Assembly: GCA_043739185.1 (NCBI GenBank)
Contig: JAYUEN010000387.1
Span: forward strand, 1-64,000
Length of the DNA stretch: 64,000 nucleotides
DNA from: Bdellovibrionales bacterium
Lineage (GTDB): Bacteria; Bdellovibrionota; Bdellovibrionia; Bdellovibrionales; JAMPXM01
Direction of reading: 5' to 3'
Part shown: piece after piece, positions 57,805 through 64,000 of the stretch
Position numbering within the stretch: position 1 is the stretch's first letter
Layout: the number at the start of each line of letters is the position of its first letter
The notes under the pieces: generated by a model
The model's input: only the letters and a program-made list of their open reading frames with translations
Databases searched by the model: none
What the model was told of the DNA's origin: nothing
Made by a program: the position numbers and the translations under genes

Positions 57805-57928
57805 AGCGAAGGTCATACTTAATTCTGCAGCTAAATGCTATTGAAAAAGTTCTATACATAAACCGCCCCTTTTGAGCTCTATTTTATTCGATTTAGGGCT
57901 TCAAAGCCCATTTACTCTCGGCGCTGGT

Positions 57929-57944
57929 GGGCACGAAAGATGCA
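57929..57944 (+). promoter_or_regulatory. Putative sigma54 promoter
   Basis: GGGCACGAAAGATGCA = GG-N10-GC, ~50 bp upstream of 57996. Confidence 0.5.
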
Positions 57945-57995
57945 CTTCTAAGACCATATACATTCGTTTATGAATGAAATGAGAAGGAGATTGTT

Positions 57996-58232
57996 ATGAA
58001 ATTAGGAATGCGTTCTTTATTCGTTCTTGCCGCTGGTATCTATATGATCGCTGCTAGTGCTTGTAGCACCACTGAGAAGGCTCCAGAGCAAGCTGCCGCA
58101 GTTGAAGCTCCCGCAATTGCACCTGAATTGGCTCCTGCTCCTGTTGTGACTCAGGCGCCATCAATCGCGCAGAATGATTCAAGTAGTACTAAAGGTTTAT
58201 GGGGAGCTAGCTCCACTGGCCGCAGCCACTAA
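57996..58232 (+). CDS. Small Ala/Pro-rich lipoprotein
   Basis: RBS AAGGAG, ASAC lipobox. Confidence 0.7.
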   Translation: MKLGMRSLFVLAAGIYMIAASACSTTEKAPEQAAAVEAPAIAPELAPAPVVTQAPSIAQNDSSSTKGLWGASSTGRSH

Positions 58233-58979
58233 TTGTTCACGAATGGCCTTTGAGACTTCTCGAAGGCTTTGATCGAGAGCTTCGGTATAATAGATGAGTT
58301 TGCTCGTGCTCACGAAGCGAACTCGTGGGCTTAGCTCACTTATTGATTTTTCAAAATGTTTAGAAGACAAACACGATAACATTCCAAAAATTTGATTTTG
58401 TTTAAATTGGGAAGAGCCCATTGCGGCAAGAACCTTATTTATTCCGGGCTTATTAGAGCGATACCAGTTGAAATCGACATCTTTTGTTGCGCTCATTTTA
58501 GGGGGTGAAAAGTCGGGCCCTCCGCCATCTCGTGAGTGGCCAATATAAAAAGTCGCAAATGCTGAATTGAGTCCTGATAAAAGATTATTTTCTGAAATCA
58601 ATGATTGGACATTTTGGTAAGGATTTTGGCGATTGAGATCGTCATTTGGGCCCACCGAACTAGGGGTAAGCTTGATTCGTACATTCAAGTTATTGGTTTT
58701 AGATAAAGAAAAAATTCTATTGAATGAGTCGCCATCCTGATCATCTCTGATAAAGCCGCAGATATTATTTTTAGCTTGTTTGCATGGCCTCGTTAAAAAC
58801 TGAATGAGGTAGAGTCGCTCATAGCGGTCGCCTACAAAAAGTGTGGGGCGAGTGTCTTTGTATCCAAAGGCAATGCGGATATCGACAGAGTGTTGATTAA
58901 TAATTTGCTGGTTAGGGCAATTTAAATTTAAAAACTGCAATAGTGTGCAGACAAATTTCGGAGCGAAATTGAAGTTCAA
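58197..58979 (-). CDS. Hypothetical protein with YIGHS...LSC (possible His-Cys peptidase fold)
   Basis: TTG start overlapping the upstream TGA, after GGAGG; FGYKD.RP, YIGHSRDGGGPDF. Confidence 0.6.
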   Translation of the reverse strand: MNFNFAPKFVCTLLQFLNLNCPNQQIINQHSVDIRIAFGYKDTRPTLFVGDRYERLYLIQFLTRPCKQAKNNICGFIRDDQDGDSFNRIFSLSKTNNLNVRIKLTPSSVGPNDDLNRQNPYQNVQSLISENNLLSGLNSAFATFYIGHSRDGGGPDFSPPKMSATKDVDFNWYRSNKPGINKVLAAMGSSQFKQNQIFGMLSCLSSKHFEKSISELSPRVRFVSTSKLIYYTEALDQSLREVSKAIREQLVAAASGASSP

Positions 58980-59737
58980 ACGCTGCCTCCACTCAAGAGC
59001 GTGCATAGCCTTAAGACATCCGGTGGAGTCCTCGGATCTTCAAAGGGCTTGCACTTCTTTAGAAGAGGAATGGAGCTGGCGCGCATTCTCGACGGAATTT
59101 CGCGTAATAGATAAAGAGCTTGCCACCTCATTTGAATGATCGGTGATTCGAGTGCGATCTGAATGAGTTGAACATAGCTCGTGGGACCACCGTCTCTTAG
59201 CAAGTAGCTGCGGGCATAGTTGAGAACCGCTGATTTGACCTCATACCAACTTTGCTCATATATCAGCTTGAGCTCCTCACTTGTGAATGGTTGTGCGATT
59301 TGAGATAGTGTATCGAGCAACAGGCTTTGGGCTGCAGGCGAAACTCCGCAGGTCTTGGCGCATAAAAGACGTTCACGATAAATACCGGCAATCATCGCTT
59401 GATTTTTTGCGGTTAACAGAGCGTCGATGCTGAGGTAAAAGACTCCAGAGGAATCGGTTTTAGCGAGCTCTAATAAGTCGGGAAGAAAATCCTCAAAGCC
59501 AAGAGAAGAAATGACATCTAAGGCAAGATTGCGTTTTGAAGCTTTGAGTTCTTTCTTTAGAATTTTTTTGAGATGAGGAATTTTAAGTAATTTATGAATT
59601 GCCTTTTTTCGAACACCTTCAGATTCACCGGTTAAGCGCAATGCTTCTAGTGTCCAATCTGTCTTTTGGCTTGGAGCTTTTGCCGCCCAAGCCGAAGTGT
59701 ATAAAAATGTCAGAGAAAGCAAAATTAAAAGTCGCAT
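58976..59737 (-). CDS. Exported HEAT-repeat-like protein
   Basis: Signal peptide ending AWA; VRKKAI, VKSAVL, MRWQAL helical repeats. Confidence 0.65.
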   Translation of the reverse strand: MRLLILLSLTFLYTSAWAAKAPSQKTDWTLEALRLTGESEGVRKKAIHKLLKIPHLKKILKKELKASKRNLALDVISSLGFEDFLPDLLELAKTDSSGVFYLSIDALLTAKNQAMIAGIYRERLLCAKTCGVSPAAQSLLLDTLSQIAQPFTSEELKLIYEQSWYEVKSAVLNYARSYLLRDGGPTSYVQLIQIALESPIIQMRWQALYLLREIPSRMRASSIPLLKKCKPFEDPRTPPDVLRLCTLLSGGSV

Positions 59738-59799
59738 GAAGTCTTATTATCGGTAAGAGTGCCATCGACTATGACACTCGACTTCAGTCCTTTTAAAAT

Positions 59800-60759
59800 T
59801 TAGTCATTGGCAGCTCTTTGGGCGCGGCTAGTTTTAATATCAGCCTTAAGCAATTGCATTTTCTGGCGCCATTCTTGTCTTAACTTCGAGGCTTCAGCCT
59901 TCATCAAATTTCGTTTTGCGTGTTTCATATGAGCGCGAGCCACTTCGATTTCGCTGCGAATAGAGGCTTCGTTAAGTTGAACTTTGCTTTCGTAAATCTT
60001 TTTCCAGTAACCACCAAAGCCCATGACTTTGCCGCCAGCTCCCCAACCCAATCCAAAGCCCATGACAAAACATCGGCTGGCGGTTGCCACTTTTTTAAAG
60101 TCTTCGATGATAAGAGAGTGATCTTGATGTGACTTCATTTGTTTAAAAGCTGCCTTAAGGCCGGCCAAATCTTTTCCGTCTACTCCAATAGCGAATTCAG
60201 CATCCATGTCTTTCACAAAGCCCACGTCGCCTGTAAGACCAAGGGCATATCCTTCATAGTCTGCAACTTTATCCAGATTAAATACAAGGTCGACATAAAC
60301 GCCACGGCTGAGCATCGCGCCAGCGCCTGCTTCTAAGTCAATGAAGGGAAACACACCAAATCCCACGGTGCCATCATCTTGCATTAAAAAAAGTAATTCC
60401 GTGCCGATATCGCCGCCAACCATAAAACCAGCATCGGTATCGATACCTACAGCAATTCCAACAGGAAGAGGAAGATTATGCTTATATGCTGAAGCAATTA
60501 ATTTATCCATTTTCTCTTGAAATTTAGCCATGTATTTTTCGTTGGCGTCTTTTTTAGCCAATTCTAAAACTGCAACGCTCGCAACTTTAACTAAATTTTC
60601 GAGACGCTCCTTTGAATTCAGAGTCTTCTCTTCGGTGGCCTTTACGGCTTCTCCAGTAGGAGCTGCTTGCGAACTAGAGGCTACTTCAGTTGCAAAAGAA
60701 TAAGTGCTAACTAAATTAAGCGATAAACAAAGCAATAAAGCATGACTTAAAAGCTTCAT
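59800..60759 (-). CDS. Exported hypothetical protein
   Basis: MKLL...SFA signal; Gly-rich beta region; coiled C-terminus. Confidence 0.7.
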   Translation of the reverse strand: MKLLSHALLLCLSLNLVSTYSFATEVASSSQAAPTGEAVKATEEKTLNSKERLENLVKVASVAVLELAKKDANEKYMAKFQEKMDKLIASAYKHNLPLPVGIAVGIDTDAGFMVGGDIGTELLFLMQDDGTVGFGVFPFIDLEAGAGAMLSRGVYVDLVFNLDKVADYEGYALGLTGDVGFVKDMDAEFAIGVDGKDLAGLKAAFKQMKSHQDHSLIIEDFKKVATASRCFVMGFGLGWGAGGKVMGFGGYWKKIYESKVQLNEASIRSEIEVARAHMKHAKRNLMKAEASKLRQEWRQKMQLLKADIKTSRAQRAAND

Positions 60760-60808
60760 GGGATACCTTTCATTAATAGAATAATCTAATCTTGAGTGAC
60801 CTAGCGTC

Positions 60809-60824
60809 TGCACGGCTTATGCCT
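60809..60824 (-). promoter_or_regulatory. Putative sigma54 promoter
   Basis: AGGCATAAGCCGTGCA = GG-N10-GC, 50 bp upstream of 60759. Confidence 0.45.
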
Positions 60825-61068
60825 TTTTTAAAATGCAGTCAGCAGCGCTTAGTTTGCTTCTGGGTGAAAGTTGAGTGCCGAAATCTGTCACTAATGTTTA
60901 TAAAATGGACATAGATGGTCGCTATTTCGAAATTTGCTAGGGCCTCATCCCTCTATTTCGGAAGGACCAGCATGAAAATCGAGAAGACCTAGGACCAACA
61001 ATATTGGTCCGCGGTCAATAAATTATAGATCGGCTCGAGACCTTTGAACTGAAAAAATATTCAGTCGC

Positions 61069-62148
61069 TTAGTTCTGCATTTCCTCAAGTAACTTCTTCA
61101 ATATTAAGTTCTGTTGCTCATCCGTTACTAAGTGTAACTTGTCACTATTGGCTTTGGCACGGATGGCAATTGCATCGAGTAGCGAAGCAAGGCGAATGCC
61201 TCCGGTAATGAGTTGTGACTCAATGACTGACTTCACATTTTTAGTCACATAATCAGTTGGTAATACCTGGGCATCGGAGTCAGCAAGAGTGGTCGCTGAA
61301 GATTCTCCAAGCGTTCCCTTGGTTTGGTCTGAATACCAACGGCAATAGCTTCGTTTTCGATAAGCCTGGGGATCGCCATTTAAATTGTCTGGGTAGATGC
61401 TCTCACGTAGTTGTGCTGAGGAGTCAAGCCAGCCACTCACTCTTTGCCCCAAGTCTTTTGAAAAACTAATGTCGTCGCTTGTGTTTAGAGTAATTTTACT
61501 TGCATTGAATTTATCTGTGGCTTTGGCCTTCATAGCGGAAATAAATTGTGGGTAATAGCTTAGTGGTTTGGTATTGTTATCTGCTTTATAGGTTTCGCCC
61601 AATTTTAGTACGAGTTCAGTATCCCAAAATGAATGAAAATTGAGGGGCTTACTTTTTTCGTTTAATTTTATGCGGCACTCATTGCCGCCGCGATCATAGC
61701 CATTGCCAACGTGTAAAGGTTGGTGAATGTCGCCTACAATATGAATCAAATATCGAAGTGCTATGAGCTTTTCTTCAGGTGTACTTTCATTAGCTTGAAT
61801 CAATATTTTACTTGCACCAACTATGGCGCCATAGGCGTCTTTAGGATCTTTATTGGGTCTATTGGCAAATGTAAATCCTGTAGGAATTTCTGAAAAATGA
61901 AAGGGAGCAAAATCAGAATCTCGACTTGAAAAGCGGGCGTCGTCGCGGACGTGGTCCGGCCAATTCGCGGCAACTGCCACAGGCTCTATGCCTAAAATGC
62001 CGCGTACAAAGTCTTTGGTCTCAGCTTGCATGCGCTCTTCAGCCACAGCCCCAACAATTTGATGGCCGAGATCTCCCCAGGCCAAAGCTGAATTTATTTT
62101 TAGCAAAGTCAAAGTCAGGATAAAAACAATTTTCATAGAATTCTCCAT
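61069..62148 (-). CDS. Secreted S1/P1 nuclease
   Basis: ALA|WGDLGH, W.D..R, HIVGDIHQPLH, DRGGN, HSFWD. Confidence 0.92.
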   Translation of the reverse strand: MENSMKIVFILTLTLLKINSALAWGDLGHQIVGAVAEERMQAETKDFVRGILGIEPVAVAANWPDHVRDDARFSSRDSDFAPFHFSEIPTGFTFANRPNKDPKDAYGAIVGASKILIQANESTPEEKLIALRYLIHIVGDIHQPLHVGNGYDRGGNECRIKLNEKSKPLNFHSFWDTELVLKLGETYKADNNTKPLSYYPQFISAMKAKATDKFNASKITLNTSDDISFSKDLGQRVSGWLDSSAQLRESIYPDNLNGDPQAYRKRSYCRWYSDQTKGTLGESSATTLADSDAQVLPTDYVTKNVKSVIESQLITGGIRLASLLDAIAIRAKANSDKLHLVTDEQQNLILKKLLEEMQN

Positions 62149-62363
62149 CTGAAAAAATTTTTAGTTTTCAGCTTTCTATGCAAGTTGTGCCAGATGCTAA
62201 AAAGGGCCAAGCTCACGAGAGTTCAAAAGAAAATGACTTTATAGAGCGCATCCTTTGTATTTTTTGCAAGAAGTAAAGTCTCAAATGCATCACTCTTTTA
62301 TGGAGGCTGGCAGATGACTTGCACTCTTTTTGAATCCTAAAGCGCAAAATTAAAGGAAATTGT

Positions 62364-63602
62364 ATGCTCAGGATTTTTGCCATTCCAATTGTAATATTAG
62401 TAGTGGGTTGCGCCGGCGGAGGTTCTTCGTCGTCTGTTACGAGTATCGACAAACCAAATATCCCAGGTAATAACGAAGGCACACCGCCGATTTCTCCCCA
62501 AACTTCTCGCGAAAAACCCGAGACTATCGAAAAGCCAAAAATTATTACTGAGATGGAGAATCTAGGATTCAGTGTAAGACTAGATGCTAAAGACAAAGAT
62601 GGATCTCAGGCGGCCCAATTGATTGAGGCGGTGAAATCAGACTTGCTCAATCATCATGAGCTTTTTTCGAAAATTGGATTTAATGATTATTTCGAATATG
62701 ACCCAATTAAGTTAGAGCTTCATTTGTCTCACGATTTTGATTCGAACCGAATTGAAATGCGGACAATTCTTGAAATGAGCGAATTTGGCAAGGCCCTGGG
62801 AAATATCACAATTGCTACGCCTGCACTTTATCCGCATATGGCCTGGCCCAAATTGAAAGCCAAAATTGAGCCATACAAAGACAAAATTAAATCAAGAGCG
62901 AAATATATACGCCACATTGAAACCTTTAATATTTCAGATCAATATTACCCTATGACAAGACTTCTTGCCGTCAATGAAGAATGGGATTCATCCTACCTTG
63001 AAACCGCCCTGAAAGAAGTTGACCAAAGTAAATTCTTTTTGGATCAGTTGCCAAATATTCGCTTGAATATCAATCGCGGCGCTATGAGTTTAAACTACGA
63101 TCAAAGCTATGAAAGTTTGCAATTGCTTACCCCATCGCTAAATTTATTGGGCCAGACTATGACAAAGTTTGAAATTGAGAGTCTCGGAATTGAAGATTCA
63201 ATTGGTCTCAACTGCAAATTTCACCTTAGTGAAGCGCGAAGAGAAGTGCGGATTTTTGCATTTACTAGTGAAAACATCAAAGACAATTCATGCTCAGTTT
63301 CAGAGTTGGTAAAGCGCATTGCCACCGACCTTGAAATTGAAAAGGAACTAAAGCTTAAAATCAGCGAAGAATATATGACTTCATCTTCGTCGATCAATCT
63401 CGGGCCATCAGCTGAAGGCTTGAAAATAATCGAGTCCCTTAAGAAAATTTTGGCTGAACGAAAAGACAAATTCAAAGAGGTGCGAATTTCAGACCACTTT
63501 CACAGCGAAGAAGTCTGTGAGCTAAAGCGCGACGTCTTAAGTATCACAAAGCATGCTTTTGATTTGGCTGCTACGAAAGCATGTATTCAAAAGCTTCAGT
63601 AG
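62364..63602 (+). CDS. Hypothetical lipoprotein
   Basis: VVGC lipobox, Ser/Pro linker, 412-aa ORF, RBS AAGGA. Confidence 0.7.
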   Translation: MLRIFAIPIVILVVGCAGGGSSSSVTSIDKPNIPGNNEGTPPISPQTSREKPETIEKPKIITEMENLGFSVRLDAKDKDGSQAAQLIEAVKSDLLNHHELFSKIGFNDYFEYDPIKLELHLSHDFDSNRIEMRTILEMSEFGKALGNITIATPALYPHMAWPKLKAKIEPYKDKIKSRAKYIRHIETFNISDQYYPMTRLLAVNEEWDSSYLETALKEVDQSKFFLDQLPNIRLNINRGAMSLNYDQSYESLQLLTPSLNLLGQTMTKFEIESLGIEDSIGLNCKFHLSEARREVRIFAFTSENIKDNSCSVSELVKRIATDLEIEKELKLKISEEYMTSSSSINLGPSAEGLKIIESLKKILAERKDKFKEVRISDHFHSEEVCELKRDVLSITKHAFDLAATKACIQKLQ

Positions 63603-63613
63603 GAAGAAGAAGT

Positions 63614-64000
63614 TTAATAATGTTTGGAAGTTTCGGAGCCAAACATAAATGAAAGTCCGGCCCCAACTTCAAAACCATTAACATTGCCGGCAATATCCTG
63701 ACTCTTACTATTTTGAATTGCGTTGTCACTTCCGCCCTCTTGAATGGCCCAAAACGGAATTCCGATATGATAAATTCCTTGAACATACCACGTGAAGGGG
63801 GATCTGGTGAAACCGCGCAGAGCAAGTCCCAAGCCAAAATCATAACCAACATTTCCATATTTTTTTGAGTCACTATTCGTTGAGATGGTATTCATATAGC
63901 CTGCGGCAAAAAAAGGTAGAGCAAGTTGAACATTGCCCCAGCTCGTATAAGGGTCGATAAGGCTAAAGAAAATATTGGCAAATAATTCTTGGTGGCTCAG
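63614..64000 (-). CDS. Outer-membrane beta-barrel-like protein, 5' end outside the window
   Basis: Frame stays open from 64000 to the stop at 63614; amphipathic strands (GFEVGAGLSFMF). Confidence 0.6.
   Translation of the reverse strand: MSHQELFANIFFSLIDPYTSWGNVQLALPFFAAGYMNTISTNSDSKKYGNVGYDFGLGLALRGFTRSPFTWYVQGIYHIGIPFWAIQEGGSDNAIQNSKSQDIAGNVNGFEVGAGLSFMFGSETSKHY

Noticed and set aside
58928..59005. Additional Cys-motif carriers (CTLLS, CTLLQF here; also CIQKL and CDRF at other C-termini)
   Set aside because: They do not fit C-x-x-[LI]-F, so they were not counted.
2103..63873. Numerous 60-130 aa ORFs nested in or antisense to long genes
   Set aside because: Shadow ORFs with no motifs, fully overlapping well-supported CDSs.

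Overview
64 kb of AT-rich bacterial chromosome. The FQNC lipoprotein, many exported hydrolases and sigma54-type promoters suggest a Bdellovibrionota-like organism (inference only). I found no rRNA, tRNA, CRISPR array, transposase or integrase. Recognisable content: a degenerate SpeD/DUF4178 locus, a secreted GH15 glucoamylase-ptsG-ptsH-ptsI operon, uup, a type III PKS/UbiG-like cluster, a hybrid histidine kinase, dbpA, an SLT-PilZ pair, a YdbH/AsmA-like operon, MBOAT/SGNH genes, tandem cupredoxin-like genes, gloA, yaeQ, an EutB-EutC fusion and an S1/P1 nuclease. Main observations: (1) Four enzymes from normally cytoplasmic families (NadD-like/kinase fusion, topoisomerase IB, C1B aminopeptidase, EutBC) each carry a Sec-type signal peptide plus a terminal C-x-x-[LI]-F motif that the ordinary secreted hydrolases here lack. 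This is a candidate undescribed effector-targeting tag. (2) A perfect 31-bp inverted repeat (35799-35829 / 36135-36165) brackets the promoter, signal peptide and motif of the C1B peptidase gene. (3) A family of five co-oriented ~40-110 bp intergenic elements is present, and one copy runs directly into the left arm of that inverted repeat. (4) An in-frame ArsC/Spx-TM-cupredoxin fusion. All family calls come from reading motifs by eye, not from database searches.
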